Source: Octopus sinensis (lineage: Eukaryota). From it: a stretch of DNA of 9,708 nucleotides. Where the stretch lies: the NCBI RefSeq assembly GCF_006345805.1, contig NW_021827834.1, positions 1 to 9,708 of the forward strand. Reading direction: 5' to 3'. The position numbers and the translations under genes were made by a program. Shown piece by piece: positions 1 to 8,058 of this stretch (position 1 is its first letter; each line of letters begins with the position of its first letter). Under the pieces are notes generated by a model. The model worked only from the letters and a program-made list of their open reading frames with translations. It ran no database searches and was not told the DNA's origin.

Positions 1-184
1 TGCCGCTACGTCTGATTTCAAATTCCGCCGAGGTCGACTTTGCCTTTCATCCTTTCGGGGTCGATAAATTGAAGTACCAGTTGCGCACTGGGGTCGATAT
101 AAATCGTCCTAACGTTTGTCTGTCCTCTCTGTGTTTAGCTCCTTTTTTTTATGCTTAAGCTCCTTGTGGGTAGTAAAGAAATAT
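1..184 (+). mobile_element. SINE family A, partial unit (cut by window edge), first of two tandem units
   Basis: Contains a B-box-like TTCAAATTCC, the central segment GTCGACTTTGCCTTTCATCCTTTCGGGGTCGATAAA and the tail CCTTGTGGGTAGTAAAGAAATA. Aligns with 185-373 and with the reverse complement of 2679-2902. Confidence 0.88.
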
Positions 185-373
185 GTATTTCGTCTGCCGC
201 TACGTTTTGAGTTCAAATTCCGCCGAGGTCGACTTTGCCTTTCATCCTTTCGGGGTCGATAAATTAAGTACCAGTTGCGCACTGGGGTCGATATAATCGA
301 CTTAATCCGTTTGTCTGTCCTTATTTGTCCTCTCTGTGTTTAGCCCCTTGTGGGTAGTAAAGAAATAGGTATT
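185..373 (+). mobile_element. SINE family A, second tandem unit lacking the A-box head
   Basis: Starts at GTATTTCGTCTG, mid tRNA-like head, directly after the tail of the previous unit (TGCCGCTACG at 1 and 195, period 194). B-box-like GAGTTCAAATTCC. Ends GTAGTAAAGAAATAGGTATT. Confidence 0.9.
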
Positions 374-799
374 AGCTAAATTAATATTAGTATTAGTAAA
401 TGTATTAATATTTAACAGGTTGTTATGTGAAGAGATAATTTGTAAGTGATTTTTTTGTGCTGGAAAAACCAATCCTAACAGTATGTGAATTGATAATAGA
501 GTAATACCTAGAATTCCCAGGGAAAATCCTAATAGCTTTAAGAAATTGCAATGGGAGATTTAATCTTTCTCCCGTATGGAACAATGAACCGAATATTTTT
601 ACTACTATTTATCTTATTTTTAGTGTAATTATTTTACATTTAATTTTAGAATGATAATAGGGGATTAAATTAGGGTTATCTCCCTTCCTCCGCTTTGTAT
701 TGTTGCATAATTTATGCTTGTTATCGATAATCCCTTTACAATTAGATTTCATATCTACATTATTGAAGTTAGAATAAGACTATGTATGTACATGTATGT

Positions 800-986
800 A
801 TTTAAAGTTAATCCAAACAAGAAAGCACAAAAAAACACAACAACGCGAGGACGTGGAACAAATATAGTATTATTGGATGTTTCGAGCGGAGCTCTTCGTC
901 GGAAACATAGGAGAAGGAAAGATCCAGAGAAGGGAAGACAGAGGAAAAAAATCGCCAACGGTATACACGAGGTGACATTTTGAAAG

Positions 987-988
<2 letters not shown>
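800..988 (-). mobile_element. Penelope-like/retrozyme-type terminal repeat fragment carrying a degenerate minimal hammerhead
   Basis: Bounded by simple repeats. The minus strand has the same layout as 6481-6670: CGTTRGC, pyrimidine tract, GAAGAGC..GCTCGAAAC, TAATAC..TTTGTT. Family assignment is inferred from the hammerhead type. Confidence 0.55.
876..906 (-). ncRNA. degenerate minimal hammerhead-like motif (probably inactive copy)
   Basis: Minus strand reads GUUU CCGACGA A GAGC-UCC-GCUC GAAA CAUC. Core variant is U4C and stem II has 4 bp. The 3' partner of stem I is missing. Confidence 0.5.

Positions 989-1017
<29 letters not shown>
989..1017. repeat. (TA)n microsatellite
   Basis: Pure AT dinucleotide run. 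Confidence 0.95.
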
Positions 1018-1019
<2 letters not shown>

Positions 1020-1297
1020 AAACAAGCAACAAGAATGGATTAAAATCTCGGTACGATCGTTTCGTACGAGGACATCTTTAATAAGCTACAAAAAATGCAG
1101 TGAATACAGATGGCTCGTACTCGTCAGCCGAAAAAACATCAGAGAATTCCCAAACATCAAAAGGGGTAGATACAAAAGAGGTTGTAAGATTAACTGCATT
1201 GAAGAAAGTTCGATTCATGGAGATCCGATGAAAGGTTTTAAACTTACAGAATTTGTGCATGTCTTTAGAATTCACTTGAATCTCAATACTTAAACCG

Positions 1298-1298
<1 letters not shown>
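1018..1298 (-). mobile_element. ~280-bp hammerhead-containing module (Penelope-like pLTR or non-autonomous retrozyme-like unit)
   Basis: Complex sequence bounded exactly by (TA)n runs on both sides and carrying an intact hammerhead near its minus-strand 3' end. Mobile origin is inferred. Confidence 0.6.
1046..1133 (-). ncRNA. type I hammerhead ribozyme
   Basis: Minus strand: stem I UUUCGG (1133-1128) pairs with CCGAGA (1051-1046). Core CUGACGA (1127-1121). Stem II GUACGAG/CUCGUAC is 7 perfect bp (1120-1114 with 1070-1064), extended by CAUCU/AGAUG. GAAA at 1063-1060. Short stem III A-C-GAUC-G-U. GUA cleavage triplet, predicted cut between 1052 and 1051. Confidence 0.9.

Positions 1299-1367
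<69 letters not shown>
1299..1367. repeat. (TA)n microsatellite
   Basis: Long TA run with one phase shift. Confidence 0.95.
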
Positions 1368-1371
<4 letters not shown>

Positions 1372-1882
1372 GATGGACGGCGGTAGCTTACATGTGTGTA
1401 TGTAGGTGTGTACGTTGGTTGTGATGTGGAAAATATGAATATTCAACATTATGAATGCACGCAATCAATTGTTTTAATTAGAATTCACGTTAATTTTCTC
1501 AAACCTGAAATTGCATTCTTGCAAGCAACAATAATACTTCATAACGAATTAAAATCTCTCAATGACACTCCACCATATTTGGAGGATCAGGTTAGAGTGT
1601 AAAATCATATATATATATATAACGAGATTATGATGTCATTGGTTTATTATGTTTTTAATGGTGCGTATGTATTTACACAAGAAATAATCATTCAGTAATT
1701 GTTATTGTTTGTCGTTTTCTCTCTTATAAGCTGCTACGGGATTAATTTAATTTAGCATTTCTAATTACCACAGCCATTGAATGCTTCCATGTAAAAACAT
1801 GAATGAAATATATAAATAAGAAAATACGTATCAGCAGAAAGTTTTGGGAAGCTAATATAGATATTAGCTTAAGGAATTTTAG

Positions 1883-1886
<4 letters not shown>

Positions 1887-1916
<30 letters not shown>
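1887..1916. repeat. (TA)n microsatellite
   Basis: Pure AT run. Confidence 0.95.
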
Positions 1917-1919
<3 letters not shown>

Positions 1920-2096
1920 AGCAGAAGGTAATGGCGAACTTCTGACTTTTTTGCCACGACTTTCTCTCACTCTTTCCTCCTGCATCCAACAGCTCACCTG
2001 CGCGATGGAGCGGCGTCCCATCCACGTGGGGAACCTATGCGCCAATGAAACCGGGAAACCGGCCCATCATGAGCCAAGCATGGATTGAGAAGGAAC
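1917..2096 (+). mobile_element. 5'-truncated SINE fragment with V-domain-like segment
   Basis: GC-richer island between microsatellites. CCTGCGCGATGGAGCGGCGTCCCATCCACGTGGGG resembles the V-SINE motif CCTGCGATGGACTGGCRTCCCRTCCAGGG (from memory). It is followed by GAAACCGGG and a tail running into (CA)n. Confidence 0.55.
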
Positions 2097-2156
2097 ACAC
2101 ACACACACAGACACATATGTGTGTGTGTGTGAGTGTGCGTGTGTGTGTGTGTGTAT
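2095..2156. repeat. (CA)n-(TG)n compound microsatellite
   Basis: CA run, then CATATG, then TG run. Confidence 0.9.
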
Positions 2157-2678
2157 GCATACTGTTAATTTTGTAAGGGCATATGAATAATAATAACCGT
2201 GTGTTAGAACTCTGCATACATATATACTTAAGCAGAAAGAGTCATTCAAGTATAGAGAAGTAATAAGGAATTAAATAAACAATCAGGGAATAATTATGGC
2301 ATGAACTTGAAATTTGTGAAGCTCCGATGAAGCTATAGGATGATTCACGAGCACTCAACTCTGATCATATTGCATCTCATAGCAGAAACTGCTGTACGCC
2401 AATGCCGTTCATGACAATTAATTATTTCTTTGTCACTTCTTTCAACAATTTTCTATTCATCCATTATTTTTAACATTATGTTGCGGTTTTTAGTTTGTGT
2501 TTGAAATTATTTTCCAAAGCTTTCCGTTCCCTGTACATGCGTAGATTCACAACCTCGTGAGCTCACTGACACACGTATTGTACCTATTCGTGTATATACA
2601 TAAATACAACTACACCCCCCTCTACACACACACAGACAGAGGCATTCGCGCGCGCATGTATATTGAGCGTATAATATA

Positions 2679-2902
2679 TATTTCTTTACTACCCACAAGG
2701 GGCTAAACATAGAGGGGACAGACAAACGGATTAAGTCGATTACATCGATCCCAGTGCGTAACTGGTACTTAATTTATCGAACCCGAAAGGATGAAAGGCA
2801 AAGTCGACCTCGGCGGAATTTGAACTCGGAACGTAACGACAGACGAAATACAGCTACGCATTTCGCCCGGTGTGCTAACGTTTCTGCCAGCTCGCCGCCT
2901 TA
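2679..2902 (-). mobile_element. full-length tRNA-derived SINE family A with 15-bp target-site duplication
   Basis: Minus-strand head GGCGGCGAGCTGGCAGAAACGTTAGC (A-box-like), GAGTTCAAATTCC (B-box-like), Meta-like core and tail GTAGTAAAGAAATA. Direct repeat TGAGCGTATAATATA at 2664-2678 and 2903-2917. Confidence 0.93.
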
Positions 2903-3071
2903 TGAGCGTATAATATAAACCTGGGTATCATCCTCGCAGCACATTATGCTAGTTCCCGTCTTGCGTAGTAATCCAAAATCAAGAGCAGACCCATATGACT
3001 TTCACTGGGGACCACTACAGTACGCCAAAAGAAGATCCAGGAGGTTTTTAAAAAGCCTTGTAGAGTGAATG

Positions 3072-3505
3072 ATAAAAGTAATAAATTCAAATGAGAAAAG
3101 AAGGAGCCAATTTGACATGACAATTGTTTCCGTAAAGTGAAAACGTTTTAATTCCACATCGCATACATTGTTATGCCATTCATAAAATGTTATGCAATCA
3201 ACGTCATTATACATGAAAATATGCAATAATTCTGTAGTCCATTCGCATCATCAGATGTCATATTTGAAGGCCCCCATCGATCAAATTTATTTTGATCGAT
3301 GGGGCCTGAAATTCATGAGATCCGGGGAAACGAATGGACTATGCAATTATTACATATTTTCATATATATAATGACAGTGATTAAATAACGTTGAATGAAT
3401 TGAATAACATTGAATGAAATATCGAATAAAGATATTGTATGTTTACAGAAACAATTGTAATGTCAATTTCTCTTCTCAGTTCCTCTTTAAAATGATCAAT
3501 TTTAT
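3072..3505. repeat. long imperfect palindrome (foldback/MITE-like)
   Basis: Centre is CCCCATCGATCAAA-TTTAT-TTTGATCGATGGGG (3272-3304). Arm matches include TAGTCCATTCG/CGAATGGACTA, ATGAAAATATG/CATATTTTCAT and TTGACATGACAATTGTTTCCGTAAA/TTTACAGAAACAATTGTAATGTCAA. All are symmetric about ~3288. Confidence 0.88.
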
Positions 3506-3510
3506 ATATA

Positions 3511-3703
3511 GGCGTAGGAGCGGCAGTGTGGTAAGTAGCTTGCTTACGAAGCACATGGTTCCAGGTTCAGTCCCGCTGCATGGCACATTGAGCAAGTGTA
3601 TTCTACTATAGCCTCTGGCCGACCAAACCCTTGTGAGTGAAATTGGTAGACGGAAACTGAAAGAAGCTCGTCGTATATGTATATATATATATATATATAT
3701 ATA

Positions 3704-3742
<39 letters not shown>

Positions 3743-3989
3743 TGTGTGTGTGTGTGTATGTATGTGTGTGTGTGTGTGGGTGTGTATATCTGTTTGTGTT
3801 TCTCCCCCAACATCGCTTGACAACCGATGCTGGTGTGTTTACGTCCCCGTAACTTAGTGGTTCGACAAAAGAGACCGATAGAATAAGTACTAGGCTTACA
3901 ACGAATAAGTCCTGGGGTCGATTTTCTCGTCTAAAGCGGTGCTCCAGCATGGCCACAGTCAAATGACTGAAACAAGCAAAAGAGTAAAA
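3511..3989 (+). mobile_element. full-length tRNA-derived SINE family B (CORE-like 5' half, internal TA/TG microsatellite)
   Basis: A-box-like CGGCAGTGTGGT, B-box-like GGTTCAGTCCC and CORE-like TTGAGCAAGTGTATT. Microsatellite at ~3674-3788. Tail CCAGCATGGCCACAGTCAAATGACTGAAACAAG. Matches the reverse complement of 4300-4750. Confidence 0.9.
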
Positions 3990-4009
3990 CTGATATGTAT
4001 TAATGTAAC

Positions 4010-4221
4010 GACGCTGAGCTGGCCGAGTCGTTAGCATGCCGGTAAAACGCTTAGCGGCATTGCGTCCGTCTTCACGTTTTCAGTTCAAATTCTACCGATG
4101 TCAACTTTGTCTTTCATTCTTTCGGGGTCGATGAATTAATTACCAGTGAAACGCTGGGGGTCAATATAAATGGAAATCCTCCCCCGAAATTTCAGGACTT
4201 GCGCCTTTAGTTGAAAGGATT
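4010..4221 (+). mobile_element. diverged SINE family A copy with an alternative 3' tail
   Basis: GAGCTGGCCGAGTCGTTAGCA head, AGTTCAAATTC box and CTTTCATTCTTTCGGGGTCGAT core. The tail CCTCCCCCGAAATTTCAGG...GAAAGGATT differs from the other A copies. Confidence 0.82.
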
Positions 4222-4299
4222 GTATGTATTTATGTACATACGTTTGTTTTTATGTTCGATTATAATAAAAAATGATTTTATATTAATCCGATGGGTTAC

Positions 4300-4502
4300 T
4301 TTTATCTTTCACTTACTTGTTTAAGTCATCAGACTGCGGCCTTGCTGGGGCATCGCTTTGGACTTTTAGATAAATTAATCAACCCAAGCATCTACTTTTT
4401 AAAGCCTGGTATTTAATTTTTTTGCCGAAACATTAAGCTGCAGGGATGCAGACACACCAACACCGGTTCTCAAACAGTTGTAGAAACAAACACAGTCAAA
4501 TC

Positions 4503-4536
<34 letters not shown>

Positions 4537-4750
4537 CACACACACACACACAAATTGATATACATACATATATATATATACAATCACACCGGCTCCTTTC
4601 AGTCTCCGACTGCGAAATTCACTCATAAGTCTTTGATCGGACCGAGGCTTGAGCAGAAGGCACTTGCTCAATGTTACACGCAGTGGGACTGAGCTAAAAA
4701 AAACCTTTGGTTAGGAAGTAAGCTTCCCATCACTCAGCCACGACTGCGCC
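4300..4750 (-). mobile_element. diverged full-length SINE family B copy
   Basis: Reverse complement follows 3511-3989 from the head (GGCGCAGTCGTGGCTGAGTG) through an internal (CA)n/(TA)n at 4503-4581 to the tail (CCAGCAAGGCCGCAGTCTGATGACTTAAACAAG). Confidence 0.85.
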
Positions 4751-5038
4751 TACTCGATATTTGTCCAGAGTACAGATGTATTATTCTTAAACCAGAGTAT
4801 TATTGACAGTGGTTTCGAAGTTTCGATCAGTTAATATACCAGTATGTACATATAAATGCGGGTGTGTCTGTGTAATGTAATTTATGTTCTCTGGTTTGCT
4901 CTCCATATTTGCTTGTCTATGTCAGAAGGAACAGCAGGAATCCTTAAAGTTTCTACCGTTTTGCAGACTTGAAAGTTCTTTGTACATGGTTTTCTGTATG
5001 TGCGTATTCATAAGTGTGTTTCTATTTGTGCGTTTATG

Positions 5039-5108
5039 TTGTGTGTGTATGTGTGTGTGTTTGTGTGTGTGTTTGTCTCTGTGTGTCTATTTTGTGTGTA
5101 TGTGCGTG
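5039..5108. repeat. degenerate (TG)n microsatellite
   Basis: Interrupted TG runs. Source of the spurious CV-rich ORFs. Confidence 0.8.
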
Positions 5109-6207
5109 CCCTTATATGTGCGTTTGTTTATTCGTTCAATTCCTTGCCGTCTTACGTTTACCAATATTTTCTCGTCCGGACAGTTTTTCGAAATAAGTAC
5201 AAAACAACCATGGAAAGTTGCTGTAAAAATGACAGAAAATTGTCTATTGAATGCCAGATACCAAAGGTTCTGTTACACGTAAAATTAACACACAAAACTA
5301 TACGAGTGGTTTAGAACTTACGAAATACATGTATAGGTTGATAAAAACGAATCTTAAAACGATTACCGGTCAGGCTGATATGATTCCTAGTCGGAATGTT
5401 ACATTCGGGAATTCCGTAAAATATACTCGATATTTTGTAAATACTTTAACAATTAATGTACTACATTTACAACTGAAGTAAGAGACAATATCATCGTTGT
5501 CAGAAAGGTTTATAGACTTAAAATGGTTAATGGAGATTGAATAATTTTTACAAGAGCAGCTTTCCTCAATCGTATTGCTATTAAAGAGCTTATAGTGTCT
5601 GAGATTTATCGGTAAATGCAAAGAGATTAATTTTAAGAAGACTAGCAATCCGAATTCAGACGTATAAAACAAAAACTGGATTATTCCGTAGAATATTTAT
5701 TGGTCTAGTTTTACGCTCGGAAGCATTAGTGAGGGTCATTTATTGTATTTTATCTCCGAAGTCACTATTACGAAGAGATTTGTTGTAGTAATGGCAGACA
5801 TTAATGAATACAGCATCGTCTGAAGATAAGGAGGTTGTATAATAAATGATGTAAGTACTGAGGCGACGGGTCTGAGGGAGATGTTGGTGTTGTTGTTGGG
5901 GGTGGTTAGTTTAAAACAGTATATAATTACATTTTCATTGGTTCAAGTGATGAGCAGAAATTTAACGGTACCAGGATGTGTAGCAAATGAAATACTTTCG
6001 AATAATATTGATATCATTTAGAAATCTACCTTAATCATAACGTTTTATATCATACGAAGATAATACGCAGGTGACTTTGTATGAAACATGAGAATATAGG
6101 AAATAACTTCTATCCCAAATACCCAAAATGCTAACAGTCCCCCCCACAAAAAACGAATTTCAAAAACTTTTGAACAAAATTTACATGCCTTCTATCGTTT
6201 ATATTTT

Positions 6208-6361
6208 TCTTTTTCCAATCATTGGACTGCGGCCATGCTGTGGCACTGGCTCTATGGGTTTAGTTCAAAGAAATTAACCACTGTGTGGTACTAAATGTAG
6301 CGGTCTCTTGTACCAAACTGTTAATTTACGAAGCTAAACAAGCCAACACCAGTTGTCAAGT
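6208..6361 (-). mobile_element. SINE family B, 3' half only, diverged
   Basis: GACTGCGGCCATGCTG and CCAACACCAGTTGTCAAG match the reverse complement of 3817-3975. The copy ends at the microsatellite and the 5' half is absent. Confidence 0.75.
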
Positions 6362-6364
6362 GTA

Positions 6365-6375
6365 TAAATAAATAA

Positions 6376-6408
<33 letters not shown>
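6365..6408. repeat. (TAAA)n-(TA)n microsatellite
   Basis: Direct reading. Confidence 0.9.
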
Positions 6409-6411
<3 letters not shown>

Positions 6412-6480
6412 GAACATTTAAGCATAAATGCTGTATATAATATACACTACACTACATTTAAACATGCATATATATATGTG

Positions 6481-6670
6481 CCATGATAGATCGTTAGCTA
6501 CTACAAACATCTTTTTTCTCTCCTTGTTCTTTTCTGTGTATCTCTCTGTAGAAGAGCGTAGGCTCGAAACGTAAAAGACTTTTTCTATTCTTGAGTGCTA
6601 TACTAATACATCTGTTTGTTTGTACACCACCCGCCTTCGTCTTTTACTTATTTTCGTAAACTTTCCCTTT
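6481..6670 (+). mobile_element. Penelope-like/retrozyme-type terminal repeat fragment with minimal hammerhead
   Basis: (TA)n-bounded ~190-bp module with the same layout as the minus strand of 800-988. Confidence 0.6.
6541..6578 (+). ncRNA. minimal type I hammerhead-like motif with variant core
   Basis: UCUCU CUGUAGA A GAGC-GUAG-GCUC GAAA CG UA^AAAGA. Stem I has 4 of 5 bp and stem II has 4 bp. Palindromic ACGU replaces stem III. GUA triplet with predicted cut after 6573. The core has U at conserved position A6. Confidence 0.62.
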
Positions 6671-6745
6671 ATATATATATATGTCTGTGTGTGCGTGTGT
6701 ATGTATGTATGTATGTATGTATGTATGTATGTATGTATGTATGTA
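6670..6745. repeat. compound (TA)n/(TG)n/(TATG)n microsatellite
   Basis: Direct reading; TATG repeated about 11 times. Confidence 0.92.
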
Positions 6746-7348
6746 CATTTGAATGTAAGGGTATATCTTTGAATGCAACGTCAAGTAAGCTTGCAATGAT
6801 TCCGCCATTGCTGAATTTTACTGAAATTACCGATGAATATATAATTTTTTAAACATTCGAAGCTATTTAAGCGAAATAATTAATTCTTATTACATTTATT
6901 TGTTTTTACTTAATAATTATAATTCTTACCTGAAATGAAATAATTTTCACTCGTAACAAAGAGTAGAATTCATTTATATATATTTTCCAGAAATGATTTA
7001 AACATTTTCTATTTATTTATTTACTTATTTATTATATTCTGTTGCATTTTACAATTTGTATAGAAAATTATTTTCCTAAGCTCATCTTTTACTATTCATG
7101 CATAAATTACCAACCGTGCAAGCAGACAAATATACGTACAATACCGATTTATGCATATACATAACTACAATAGCAAAAACGTATATATATATGCTGGAAA
7201 TACGAGAGTAGAAAAGCAGGCGACCACTGATGAAGGGTCGTTCTTTATGTTATTTGTCTTGTTTTCCATCGTGTCTTCCGTTGTTGGAAAATAATAGTTC
7301 ATATTCCATGTACTTTTTGTTGTACACGTTTCGTGACGTCCTGTGCCC

Positions 7349-7521
7349 ATACACAAACACACGCACACACATATGTATATACGTATAGATGTATGTACAT
7401 ATACGTATGTATATGTGCATGTATATATATATTATTCTATATATATATATTATTATAATATATATATATCATATATATATACATACATACATATATATAT
7501 ATATATAAATACATACTACAT

Positions 7522-7572
<51 letters not shown>
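7349..7572. repeat. compound CA/TA microsatellite tract
   Basis: Direct reading. Confidence 0.92.
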
Positions 7573-7578
<6 letters not shown>

Positions 7579-7597
7579 ATTTGGGGATGTTAACAGT

Positions 7598-7835
7598 TTA
7601 GCTAATGTTTTCCGTCATGCGTAGCAGTGTGGTTGTGTTGAGACCCGTCCAGCCCTTTATGTTGTCAACCAGGTATTTCTCCGTTTTAAAAAGATAAACA
7701 CAGCATATCCTGTCTATTTTAATTATGGCGGTCTGTACTTTTGATTGGGGGGAAAAATCTGTGAATATTGGCGTGCAGTGTGAAGGTGCGTCGGGAAAAG
7801 GCGTCTCGTATATTCCCATATATCTATGTCTAAAA
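7598..7835 (-). pseudogene. possible degenerate C-terminal fragment of a Penelope-like GIY-YIG endonuclease
   Basis: Open frame ETPFPDAPSH..FTDFS..AII..KTEKYLVDNIKGWTGLN loosely follows the P..H..DF..I..E..GLN pattern of PLE endonuclease C-termini. The segment is bounded by TA runs. No GIY or YIG motif is visible. Confidence 0.25.
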
Positions 7836-8058
7836 ATGATAATACTTACTTTATCATTTAACCCATAGCAAGTCATTCTGATGTTTATATTTGAAATATA
7901 TATATATATATTTATTTCCCTGCATCTCCATGGCAATATTGCAGTGTTATTCTTACCGTGTTAGATATCATTAAGAACATTGACAATATTTTCGAAAAAT
8001 TATTCGTTCGATAAGTATATGTGTACAAAGAAAACACGAGCAACTATACCCGACAATG

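Noticed and set aside
1-373. CRISPR-like repeated sequence
   Set aside because: Units are ~190 bp with no unique spacers, the context is eukaryotic and no cas genes are present.
714-983. 89-aa basic ORF
   Set aside because: It is the purine-rich antisense strand of the hammerhead module's pyrimidine tract, with no protein family resemblance.
2361-2400. CTGATCA..GAAA..GTA hammerhead-like spacing
   Set aside because: G8 is missing, stem II has only 3 bp and there is no stem I.
2820-2900. tRNA-like A/B boxes (also at 3511-3580)
   Set aside because: These are SINE heads with no full cloverleaf, continuing directly into SINE bodies.
4798-4839. Minus-strand hammerhead-like CUGAUCGA..GAAA..GUC
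   Set aside because: The core has an insertion, there is essentially no stem II, and stem I is offset. Likely chance or too decayed to call.
4884-5672. ORFs or possible exons in unique sequence
   Set aside because: No recognisable domain and no convincing splice acceptor/donor pair. A small exon cannot be excluded without RNA-seq.
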